Positions 18,002-26,624 of a DNA stretch of 32,551 bases are shown piece by piece. The notes below the pieces were generated by a model, which did no database searches, was not told the origin of the DNA, and saw only the letters and a program-made list of their open reading frames with translations. The position numbers were made by a program, and so were the translations under genes. The stretch comes from Candidatus Nanohaloarchaea archaeon (lineage in GTDB: Archaea; Nanohalarchaeota; Nanosalinia; Nanosalinales; Nanosalinaceae). The DNA lies in the NCBI GenBank assembly GCA_047617745.1, contig JBLGBN010000008.1, positions 1 through 32,551 of the forward strand, in the 5' to 3' direction. Position 1 is the stretch's first letter. Each line of letters starts with the position of its first letter.

Positions 18002-18777
18002 AAGTAGCATTTCTGGGCCCTGAAGGAACCTACACTCACCAGGCGGTTGACCAGTACTTCTCAGACTACGAGCCAGTTACCTGCTCAAGTATTAAAGAAT
18101 CAGTTGAATCCGCTGAAGTAGCTGTTATACCTTTTGAAAACTCTCTGGGTGGAGGAGTAGGCGAGGCTATTGACATACTGAGAGAGAAAAATCTTGAAGT
18201 CACAGGAGAGATTCTGGTCGAAATCGATCATGTACTGGCTTCGGAAGGCAGCTTTGAAGATATACAGAAGATCCGCTCACATCCTCAGGCGTTAAGCCAG
18301 TGCCGGGAGATGATTGAAGAAAACGGCTGGGAGGAAGTGGAGTCTTCTTCAACTGCGAAGGCAGCTGAGGAGATAGAGGAAAACGAGGCCGCGATATGTT
18401 CGCGACTCGCTGCTGAACTTAATGACCTTGAGATCCTCAGAGAAAGCGTTCAGGACGAGAAATCAAACACTACGAGATTTCTTGTGATAGGCGGAGAGAA
18501 AGAGACCGAGCCGGGTAAAACCTCGTTTGTTCTGGAGCCTGGAGATGACCGCCCTGGGCTTCTGGGCAGCATGCTTTCATGCTTCTCCGGCCACGGCATA
18601 AACCTATCCTACATACAGTCAAGACCAACAAGAGACGGTTTAGGAGAATACTATTTCTATGTGGAAGCAGAGGAAAACGAGAACTCGGAGAGCATGGAAG
18701 AAGCGATGAGATGCCTGAAGACTTACGCAGATGTCAAAAACCTTGGTTCCTACAGGAAAGGTGAGAAAAATGTTTAG
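17998..18777 (+). CDS. pheA: Prephenate dehydratase with ACT domain (non-canonical CTG start)
   Basis: Frame open from CTG 17998: LKVAFLGPEGTYTH..PFENS..SHPQALSQC..NTTRF..DRPGLL..IQSRP. The ORF track shows only the last 155 aa. Confidence 0.9.
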   Translation: MKVAFLGPEGTYTHQAVDQYFSDYEPVTCSSIKESVESAEVAVIPFENSLGGGVGEAIDILREKNLEVTGEILVEIDHVLASEGSFEDIQKIRSHPQALSQCREMIEENGWEEVESSSTAKAAEEIEENEAAICSRLAAELNDLEILRESVQDEKSNTTRFLVIGGEKETEPGKTSFVLEPGDDRPGLLGSMLSCFSGHGINLSYIQSRPTRDGLGEYYFYVEAEENENSESMEEAMRCLKTYADVKNLGSYRKGEKNV

Positions 18778-19873
18778 AGACAGGGTTGAGAACATAGATC
18801 TCTCGATAAGAAAAATAGCGGAAAAAGCCGGGAAGAAAGAGGAATGCGTCCGTTTTGATATTGGTCAGCCAAGCTTTGACACACCTCAGCACATTAAAGA
18901 TGCGGCTGAAAAAGGCCTGGAGAATAAACAGGGATACTCTCCTATGTTAGGAATTGAGGAGCTGAGAGAAGCTGTTTTGGGAGAGGAAGAGCTAAAGCAA
19001 GGTATTTCTGGCCTTGGAAAAGAAAATGTGATGATAACGACCGGTGGAATGGGTGCTTTATACGCCGTTTTCTCCGCACATCTTGGCTCCGAGGATAAAG
19101 CTGTGTTCAATGATCCATGCTGGGGTCCGTACAAGATGATCAGCGAAATCAACGGCAACCAGTGGGAACAGGTAGAATACTGGAACGGGGATGATGAACT
19201 AAGAGAAGAAGCGAAGGATAAGATCAGAGAAGCCGATTTCTTTATAGTCAACACTCCGTCCAACCCAACCGGTAAAGTGCTATCTGAGGAACAGGCTAGA
19301 GAAATTGGAGACTTTGCAGATAAAACCGGTACTTTGATGATTTCTGATGAGGTATACCACCGTTTAACCTTTGGAAAAGAGCATTACTCGCCTGCAGTTC
19401 ACTCAGATAATTCTGTGATAATTGGATCGGTTTCAAAGAACCATGCGATGACCGGCTGGAGAGTTGGATGGGTCGTCGCTCCTGAAGACAGTATAGAGCA
19501 GTACGCAAAAGTTTCGAGAGCGACTACTGCCTGTCCGCCGAGAATATCGCAGTACGCAGCGGTTGAAGCCCTGGAAAATGATTCTCATGTCGGAGAGATG
19601 AGAGAGACTTACAGGGAGAGGAGAGATCTGTTAGTTGAAAGAATGGAGGAGCTTGGATGGGATTTCGAGATTCCAGAAGGCTCGATCTACGCGTTCCCGG
19701 AGGTTGGCAGGGATTCCTGGGATTTCTGCCTTGAAATGGTTGAGAAAGGAGTTGCCATGGTTCCTGGAGAGCCGATGGGGCCGGAAAGCGATCAAAACGT
19801 CAGGATATGTTTCGGCTCAACGACGAAAGAAGAGATCAATAGGGCGTTCGACATCTTGGAGGGAGAACTATGA
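18770..19873 (+). CDS. PLP-dependent class I aminotransferase (aromatic/aspartate)
   Basis: GQPSF, NTPSNPTG, SDEVY, SVSKNHAMTGWRVG; SD AGGTGA before ATG 18770. Confidence 0.92.
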   Translation: MFRDRVENIDLSIRKIAEKAGKKEECVRFDIGQPSFDTPQHIKDAAEKGLENKQGYSPMLGIEELREAVLGEEELKQGISGLGKENVMITTGGMGALYAVFSAHLGSEDKAVFNDPCWGPYKMISEINGNQWEQVEYWNGDDELREEAKDKIREADFFIVNTPSNPTGKVLSEEQAREIGDFADKTGTLMISDEVYHRLTFGKEHYSPAVHSDNSVIIGSVSKNHAMTGWRVGWVVAPEDSIEQYAKVSRATTACPPRISQYAAVEALENDSHVGEMRETYRERRDLLVERMEELGWDFEIPEGSIYAFPEVGRDSWDFCLEMVEKGVAMVPGEPMGPESDQNVRICFGSTTKEEINRAFDILEGEL

Positions 19874-20727
19874 TTGACCAGAGAATTGCTATACTCGGAG
19901 GTACCGGCCAGTTCGGACAGCACTTGGGAGAACATCTCGAAGAGAACAACGAGATAGTTATCTCCGGAAAAGATACTGAAGAGGCTGAAAAAGTTGCGGA
20001 AGAAAACGGCTGGGAGTACGGCTCAAACAAGGAGGTTGTCAGGGATGCAGATGTCGTTATAGTCGCGGTACCTATCGCTGTAACCGTAGAGGTTATACAT
20101 GAGGTCGGCACCGAGATCTCCGATGATACACTGTTATGTGATATTACCTCTGTAAAGAAGAAGCCTGTTGAGGCCATGATGAACTATTCAGACGAAGTTC
20201 TCGGCATGCATCCGATGTATGCACCCAGCAATTCAATTAGAGGGCAGAAAGTGGTACTAACACCAGAAAAGGGGCAGAAATGGACCGAGATGGAGGAATT
20301 CTGGACTGAAAATGGCGCTGATACGCATATTACCGATCCTGAATCCCATGATAAAGCAATGTCCCTGGTTCAGGGACTGATGCATTTCTCGGAACTGGTT
20401 GTAGCCGAAACCATCAGGAAATCGGATATTGGCGGCGAGGAAATGTCGAACTATTCTTCGCCTGTCTACCAGTTAATAACTGATCTAACTGCCCGAATGC
20501 TGAACCAGAAACCGGGTCTTTACGGCAGTATACAGGCCGAGAACCCGGAAAATGTCGAGGTCCGGGAGAGGTTTATCGAGTCCGCCGAAGATATCCGGGA
20601 ACTGATCGGTGACGAGGAAGCTTTCAGCCGGAAGTTTGAGGAGCTCGGTGGAGAGTTCGATCTTGAAGGAGCGCAGGACAGAACTGACTCGGTTATCGAG
20701 TTTCTTTCTGATGATGTAAGAGAATAA
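19870..20727 (+). CDS. tyrA: Prephenate/arogenate dehydrogenase
   Basis: ILGGTGQFG Rossmann motif, DITSVK, HPMYAP, HDKAMSLVQGLMH; ATGA overlap with the upstream gene. Confidence 0.9.
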   Translation: MIDQRIAILGGTGQFGQHLGEHLEENNEIVISGKDTEEAEKVAEENGWEYGSNKEVVRDADVVIVAVPIAVTVEVIHEVGTEISDDTLLCDITSVKKKPVEAMMNYSDEVLGMHPMYAPSNSIRGQKVVLTPEKGQKWTEMEEFWTENGADTHITDPESHDKAMSLVQGLMHFSELVVAETIRKSDIGGEEMSNYSSPVYQLITDLTARMLNQKPGLYGSIQAENPENVEVRERFIESAEDIRELIGDEEAFSRKFEELGGEFDLEGAQDRTDSVIEFLSDDVRE

Positions 20728-20745
20728 GAAAAGGAAAAAGGAAGA

Positions 20746-21948
20746 CTACTCCAGTAGGTTTCTAATCCTGTTCCTGAAGTAGAATGCGGTGGCGAGAGCT
20801 ATTACCAGAAGCACAGCAATGTAGACTGATAGGTTGGAGTCTGAAGATGAGGATTCGGCGACACTGACTTTCAGTGTTTCATCCTCAACAAATACTTCTG
20901 TGCCTTTGGTGCCTCTCGTTTCGAAATCCAGCAGGTAGTCCTTGGCGGAAGCGCCTGAATCTGTCTCTACCTCAAAGACAGCTTCTCCGGACTGGCCAGG
21001 TTCAAGGCTTCCGATGTACTTGCTGGCAGAGTCATAGCTGAACGGCTGGTCGCTTGAATCCAGGACGCGGATCCGGGTTGACGATGATTTCTCTTCTCCG
21101 GTGTTCTCTACTTTCAGTCTGAGTTCGCCTGTGGAGCCTGCCTCCAGACTGCTTTCAGCTACCTCCACGCTGTACTGCGGTTTACCTGCCATGAAGAGGC
21201 CAAAGCTTGTCTCCTCTGTTATCTCTGAGGAGTCTCCTGCGGAATATGTTATCTCTCCGTTAACTGTAACCTCTCCTTTCGGTGCGCTGTCACTGATGTC
21301 AAAGTTGAAATTGGCTGTCTTGACTTCTCCCGGCTGGATGCTTCCCAGTGCCTGTCTTGTGGAGAAGCTGGAGGTTCTCTCGAAGAACTCCGGCAGTTCG
21401 AGATCAAGAACCACGTTTTCCGCTGTCTTGTCTCCGCTGTTCACTACGTCAACCGAAAGCTGATTGCTGTCTGTATCCGGCATCAGTTCGGATGGCTGTG
21501 TCTGGAGGTTGGCCAGATTGAGATTGATGTTCTTGCTCTGGACTTCCACGGGCACGTTCTTTGTTACTGTGAAATCGCCGTGGATGATTTTTACCTTAAA
21601 GCTGTTGGATCCGTCAGGTGCGTCCTCCGCTGTCATTACTTCTGTGGAGATGTGGTACTCCTCCCCGGGAGCGATATCTCCGAGAGAGTAGTTCTTCTTC
21701 CGGTCCGGCTTAACGCTGAACGGGAAGCTGTCGACCAGCTGGACTTTGACGTCGCTGGCCTCTGTATTCCCTGTGTTCCTGATCTTGAAGTTCAGGTCAC
21801 CGTCCTCTCCCGACTGAAGAGGAACAGGGTCGGTGCTGACGAGTGTTGTCTCGAGATTTGCTGTCGGACCTGTACTGGTTGTTTGGGCTGCTGCAGCCCC
21901 TATGAAAAGCGCTGCGAGCAGTGCGATTGAAGTTGTTTTCGTGTTCAT
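20746..21948 (-). CDS. COG1361-type cell-surface protein (signal peptide, three Ig-like repeats, C-terminal TM anchor)
   Basis: Repeats NTGN..LGDIAPGE, NSGD..LGSIQPGE, NTGE..IGSLEPGQ. Confidence 0.85.
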   Translation of the reverse strand: MNTKTTSIALLAALFIGAAAAQTTSTGPTANLETTLVSTDPVPLQSGEDGDLNFKIRNTGNTEASDVKVQLVDSFPFSVKPDRKKNYSLGDIAPGEEYHISTEVMTAEDAPDGSNSFKVKIIHGDFTVTKNVPVEVQSKNINLNLANLQTQPSELMPDTDSNQLSVDVVNSGDKTAENVVLDLELPEFFERTSSFSTRQALGSIQPGEVKTANFNFDISDSAPKGEVTVNGEITYSAGDSSEITEETSFGLFMAGKPQYSVEVAESSLEAGSTGELRLKVENTGEEKSSSTRIRVLDSSDQPFSYDSASKYIGSLEPGQSGEAVFEVETDSGASAKDYLLDFETRGTKGTEVFVEDETLKVSVAESSSSDSNLSVYIAVLLVIALATAFYFRNRIRNLLE

Positions 21949-23081
21949 TGTTGTTTCACCTTTAGCATTATTTTTGAAGAGTACCTGTCGTACAGAACCA
22001 TTGAAACCGGGATAAGCGTGAGCGCCCCAATGTACGCGCAGAGGGTTGTAAGCGTAAGCATTGTCCCCATATCTGAAAGGAAGGTAATCCGCCCGAATGA
22101 AAGCGAGTTGAACCCGATAAGAGCTGCGGTAAGAGCTATGGTCATAGGATTCAGGACGCCGTCTATAGTTTCCGCAAGCGCCCCGGCTATATCACCGTTC
22201 TTCCGCTCCTCCCTGTACCGGGAAACTGTCTGTATACCGAAGTCTATTGCGATACCCATTCCCATTGATATGGCGCCGGAGGTTGCAGGACTCATGTTAA
22301 GCCCCAGCCATCCGTAGATCCCGAAACCACCGATTATTCCAAGAATCAGGGCGAGAAGGGATGTCAGGCCGTTAGTGACGGACCGGAAAAGCAGTACAAC
22401 AACCACAAATACGCCCAGAAGAGAGATGGCTGAAGTATTGCTCATCGTGCTCTGGGACTGCTGTTGGAATGCCTGGTTGATGAAAGGTGTGCCGGTGTAG
22501 CTGACCTCGATGCCGGAAGGGATATCGTTTACTTTGACTGATGTTTGGAGTCTGTCCGCCAGCTCCTCCTGCTCGCTCTGCGAAAGATCGGTTGAGGTAA
22601 CTCGCATTATCGTGAAGGTGTAGTCGCTGGAGACGAACTGGCTTGATCTCCCTGATTCCTGGAGTTGGGCTGATGCGTTTCTCAGCGTGGAAGGATTTCT
22701 GACCAGGTCAGAAGCTGAGGAAACAGCTGTAACCTGGCTCATGCTGGATACATCATTGGAGACTGTCTCCAGGTACCGGAGGAACTCTGGATCCCTGACA
22801 TCCCGGATCTCGGTCGAGTTTGCGTAGCTGGGATCTGTCTCGAAAAGTACTGTGTATGTTGATCCACTGCTTCCCTGCCCGAACTCAGCGCCTATAACCT
22901 CGAAGGCGCTTACAGAGTCAATTGTGTCAGGCAGGAGATCCTGGTTGTTCTGTTCAACGGTCTCCACGTTTGATGCGCCGACCGCCATGAAGGCTGTGAG
23001 CGATACTATGACAAGTAGGAAGATGAACGGTTTGTCGGCTATCAGGCGCGAGTAAGCATCTATTATTTTCTCTCTGTTCAC
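21945..23081 (-). CDS. MMPL/RND-family transporter half (second)
   Basis: TM1, extracytoplasmic loop ending TGTP, five TMs, GIAIDF. Start placed at GTG 23081 (GAGGTGG SD + 5 nt, GTGA overlap). Confidence 0.87.
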   Translation of the reverse strand: MNREKIIDAYSRLIADKPFIFLLVIVSLTAFMAVGASNVETVEQNNQDLLPDTIDSVSAFEVIGAEFGQGSSGSTYTVLFETDPSYANSTEIRDVRDPEFLRYLETVSNDVSSMSQVTAVSSASDLVRNPSTLRNASAQLQESGRSSQFVSSDYTFTIMRVTSTDLSQSEQEELADRLQTSVKVNDIPSGIEVSYTGTPFINQAFQQQSQSTMSNTSAISLLGVFVVVVLLFRSVTNGLTSLLALILGIIGGFGIYGWLGLNMSPATSGAISMGMGIAIDFGIQTVSRYREERKNGDIAGALAETIDGVLNPMTIALTAALIGFNSLSFGRITFLSDMGTMLTLTTLCAYIGALTLIPVSMVLYDRYSSKIMLKVKQQ

Positions 23082-24172
23082 CGGGACCACCTCTCGTACT
23101 CGATTATCAGTGCCGGAGTTATCACCAGAGCCGACACTAGGGTTAGGGATATACCAAGTGCCAGTGTAAGACCTAGATTCCGGATAAACGAGATGCTGGC
23201 GATCATCAGCGCTGAGAAACCGATTACCGTGGTTGTTGAGGAGCCGAGAATCGCTTTCCCGGTTGTTGGAACTGATTCACGGACGGCTTTTTCCACGCCG
23301 TCTTCTTTCTTCTCTTCAATTATTCTTTCCGTGATGAAGGAGCCGTATTCCACTCCAAGCCCCAGGATCATGGCGCCTAGAGCGATTGTAGCTATTGTCA
23401 GCGGTATTCCGAGATGACCCATAGCTCCGAGCGTCCATATTAGCCCTATGAATAGCGGTACGAAGGTTATCGGGCCGTAGACTCTACCTCTTACTGCTGT
23501 TAGAAGCCCGAGTATAAGTACGGAGGCCAGCGAAATTGTATTTATTGAGTCTGACACCATTGTGTCGCCGATATCGGTCCTGATAACAGGGTTTCCGGTA
23601 ACGGTTATGTCGACACCTGGCTGTTTTGGCGTCTGTTCGATGTTCTCATTTATGAGCTGTGTAGCTTTCTGGATGTTCTCCTCGCTCATCTCACCCTCCA
23701 GCGTGACGTACATCTGGGAGGCCGTGTAATCCCGGTTGAAGAATGAATCTCCGCCTGACTGTTCGATAACTGTTTCGGCAATTTCCTGGTTTTCAGGGAT
23801 TTGCTGGAACAGTGCCGCTGGTGACTGGACCTCTCCTACCATAGGCTCTGATCTCAGTTCATCTGAAAGAGATTTCTGCATCTGTAGCGCTTCCTGATCC
23901 CTCAAATCGCGAATAAAGCTTTCTTCCAGTGGCTGGTCGCTGGTCTGGAACAGAATTATTATTGAGCTTGATGATCTGAACTCTGACTCCACCTTGTCCT
24001 GCGCCTGTACCTCCGGCAGATCGTCCGGAAGGCTTGACTGGAAATCGGTTTCAAGCTGGATGCTTGGAAGCCCTGAGGCAAGGATAAGCGTTATTAAAGC
24101 GCCTGCCAGTATGATTTCTCGAGAATGGCTTATCTGCATGCCGGCCAAGATGTCCAGAGGTTTCTGCTTCAC
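23078..24172 (-). CDS. MMPL/RND-family transporter half (first)
   Basis: TM1, loop ending TGNP, five TMs, GLGVEYG, TTVIGFSAL. Confidence 0.87.
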   Translation of the reverse strand: MKQKPLDILAGMQISHSREIILAGALITLILASGLPSIQLETDFQSSLPDDLPEVQAQDKVESEFRSSSSIIILFQTSDQPLEESFIRDLRDQEALQMQKSLSDELRSEPMVGEVQSPAALFQQIPENQEIAETVIEQSGGDSFFNRDYTASQMYVTLEGEMSEENIQKATQLINENIEQTPKQPGVDITVTGNPVIRTDIGDTMVSDSINTISLASVLILGLLTAVRGRVYGPITFVPLFIGLIWTLGAMGHLGIPLTIATIALGAMILGLGVEYGSFITERIIEEKKEDGVEKAVRESVPTTGKAILGSSTTTVIGFSALMIASISFIRNLGLTLALGISLTLVSALVITPALIIEYERWSR

Positions 24173-24205
24173 TGTGAATGGTTTTTGACAGACAGAGTTA
24201 TAAAA

Positions 24206-24223
24206 ACTGAATGAACGTTCAGT
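24206..24223. promoter_or_regulatory. Probable TetR operator in the divergent promoter
   Basis: ACTGAA-N6-TTCAGT inverted repeat containing the perfect palindrome TGAACGTTCA, between TTATAAAA (24198) and the tetR ATG. Confidence 0.7.
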
Positions 24224-24227
24224 AAGT

Positions 24228-24812
24228 ATGGAGGAATCGAAAAAGGAAATAATGGAGGCGACGTTCAGGGCACTCTCCGAGCACGGCTATGCAGAGCTTT
24301 CCATACAGAAGATAGCGGATGAATCCGACAAGGCAAAGTCTGCCATATACTATCACTACGAGGACAAGGAGGACCTACTGCTGGCGTTCCTGGAGTTTCT
24401 GGAGGAGAGCATTGATGAAATGCACGCCGAGATCGAGGAAAAACCGCCTGAGGAAAGACTTGATGAACTTCTTGACCTCGGCCTGGGTGTCAGGGATGAT
24501 GAGCGGTGGATGGTGCAGAGAGCACTGCTCGATCTGAGAGCGCAGGCGCCGAGAAACGAAAAGTTTGCCCGGAAGTTCGAGGAAATCGATCAAATGGTGC
24601 GGAGCAATGTGGTGGACATCATGGAAGAGATGGATATTGAAAACCCGGAGTTAACCGCAGAAATATTTGTGTCATGCATTGAGGGTGCAGTAAACCGGAA
24701 GGTTTCAGCTGGGGACAGAGAGGGCCTGGAAGAACTCAGGCATGGAATTAAACGTATGCTTGACAAAAAAGCATCCGGCAGCGGATGCGGGTGCTGTAAC
24801 AATGATGAATAA
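24228..24812 (+). CDS. TetR/AcrR-family transcriptional regulator
   Basis: IMEATFRALSEHGYAELSIQKIADE..KSAIYYHYEDKEDLL helix-turn-helix. Confidence 0.92.
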   Translation: MEESKKEIMEATFRALSEHGYAELSIQKIADESDKAKSAIYYHYEDKEDLLLAFLEFLEESIDEMHAEIEEKPPEERLDELLDLGLGVRDDERWMVQRALLDLRAQAPRNEKFARKFEEIDQMVRSNVVDIMEEMDIENPELTAEIFVSCIEGAVNRKVSAGDREGLEELRHGIKRMLDKKASGSGCGCCNNDE

Positions 24813-25482
24813 AGCAATAGAGGTTGAAGGGCTGAAGAAAAATTTTGGCAGTATCGAAGTGCTTAAAGAGATGGATTTCGAGGCCGGGAAAGGCGAAATA
24901 GTAGGCTTGCTCGGTCCCAATGGAGCGGGCAAATCCACGACTATAGAAATACTTACCGGGCAGATAGACCGGGACGGCGGAGATGTAGAAGTTCTCGGCC
25001 TTGATCCTGGAGAGAATCCGGTGAAGCTGAGGGAGAAGCTTGGAATCCTGCCTGAACGTGAGGATCCTCCCAGCTTCCTGACCGGCACCGAGTACCTTGA
25101 CTTCGTCTCCGATATACGGAGAGATGAGGTGGAGACAGGGAAATGGATTGATCGGATGCGTCTGGAAGGCAAGATGGATAAACTGACCCGTGCCCTTTCA
25201 AAGGGCGAGAGACAGAAGCTGATGATTGTGCAGGCATTTCTGCATGAGCCTGAGGCGGTTTTCATCGATGAGCCGATGATAAACCTCGATCCTGTTGTGC
25301 AGGAGGAGATAAAGAATATTTTCAGTGAGTACAGCGGAACAGTGTTTCTCTGCACCCACAACGTGGAGCTTGCTGAAGAAGTCTGCGACTCCGTTCTGTT
25401 CATCCGGGACGGCAGAATTATACAAAAACATGATAACCTGGACGAACTGAAGCAGAACTTCCTTGACGCCTATGATTACTAA
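24802..25482 (+). CDS. ABC transporter ATP-binding protein
   Basis: GPNGAGKST, LSKGE signature, FIDEP, TH switch. Confidence 0.92.
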   Translation: MMNKAIEVEGLKKNFGSIEVLKEMDFEAGKGEIVGLLGPNGAGKSTTIEILTGQIDRDGGDVEVLGLDPGENPVKLREKLGILPEREDPPSFLTGTEYLDFVSDIRRDEVETGKWIDRMRLEGKMDKLTRALSKGERQKLMIVQAFLHEPEAVFIDEPMINLDPVVQEEIKNIFSEYSGTVFLCTHNVELAEEVCDSVLFIRDGRIIQKHDNLDELKQNFLDAYDY

Positions 25483-26623
25483 GAGAATGCTGAAGGAAGA
25501 GTGGAGAATGCACTCGGAGCTTTTCTCAGGCAGATCCTTTGCTTTCTTCCCGGTTATAGTTTTCCTCCTGTCATTCGGAGGCTTCTGGCTGGTGCTGAAC
25601 TTTTCAACGCTGGCAATCGAATCGCTTTCACACGCTCTTACAGGTCTCGGGGTTTTTCTCGGTCTTTCAGTGGCTTCAATAGGTTTTTCGTCCAAGGACG
25701 CGGTGAAGAATGTCCTGGGAACAACTAACTTCCTTGTTTACTCGTCGAGAACGCTTCCTGTCAGCAGTCGGAGGCTGATAACCGCGTTCCTGGTAAAAGA
25801 TATAATATACTACTTTGGGCTGTTCCTGGTGCCGACAGCTGTTGGGAGCTTCTTGGCGGGAGGAACAGCGATTCTTGGAGGTATTGCGGGGATGTCCGCA
25901 GGATTTCTAGCCGGTTTGATGGCAGGAGTTGTTCTCGCCCGGACCTCCCTAAAAATACCTGGCATCCACATGAACTACGCCGGCAGGGTCTCTCCGCTGG
26001 CGGACAAGACGCTTATGGATGTATCGCGCTCAGCAGGTGGTTTCTTCAAAGTAGTTTTCTCCATAGCTGTTCTGACAGGGTTCTACTGGTTTGCAGTTCT
26101 TTACTTCCCTTTCACATCATCTTTCCTGATGAACCCGGTGCTCTCATTCAGCATACTACTTGGAACGGTGTCAATAACTGCCTACAACTGGATAAACCGT
26201 TTTGACGCTATCGATGACTACATATACCTGCCTGTGGAAGCATCGAACCTGCTTGAGGCCAAGCAGAAAGCGTTCCTGATGATTTCCCTTCCTATGACTG
26301 CAGTCCTGCTTCTGGGATCTTTCGCTGCCTACAGCGCCTCAGTCCAGGTTATTCTACTTTCATTCCTCGCAGGATTCTCTGTCCAGCTATTCACCGCAGG
26401 ATCCGCATCTTACCTGACAGGCTTGGATCCGAACTCCAGAATGTACGAGTCAACAGTGTTTCTCAAGCTTCTTGGACTGATAGCAGTATTTACTTTCCCT
26501 CTACTGATATTCAGCATCTTCTTCAGGCCCGAGCTCTGGCTTCCGTTTGTCTTCCTGGCAGTCCTGCCGGGAGCTGTAGGAATCTATCTGATAAAGAAGT
26601 CGCGCGGAAAAATAGCGGGTTAA
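25472..26623 (+). CDS. ABC-2-like permease / polytopic membrane protein
   Basis: About 10 hydrophobic segments; overlaps the ATPase gene. Confidence 0.8.
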   Translation: MITKRMLKEEWRMHSELFSGRSFAFFPVIVFLLSFGGFWLVLNFSTLAIESLSHALTGLGVFLGLSVASIGFSSKDAVKNVLGTTNFLVYSSRTLPVSSRRLITAFLVKDIIYYFGLFLVPTAVGSFLAGGTAILGGIAGMSAGFLAGLMAGVVLARTSLKIPGIHMNYAGRVSPLADKTLMDVSRSAGGFFKVVFSIAVLTGFYWFAVLYFPFTSSFLMNPVLSFSILLGTVSITAYNWINRFDAIDDYIYLPVEASNLLEAKQKAFLMISLPMTAVLLLGSFAAYSASVQVILLSFLAGFSVQLFTAGSASYLTGLDPNSRMYESTVFLKLLGLIAVFTFPLLIFSIFFRPELWLPFVFLAVLPGAVGIYLIKKSRGKIAG

Positions 26624-26624
26624 G

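Noticed and set aside
18310..18777. Truncated pheA pseudogene as suggested by the ORF track
   Set aside because: The frame is open and motif-complete back to 17998.
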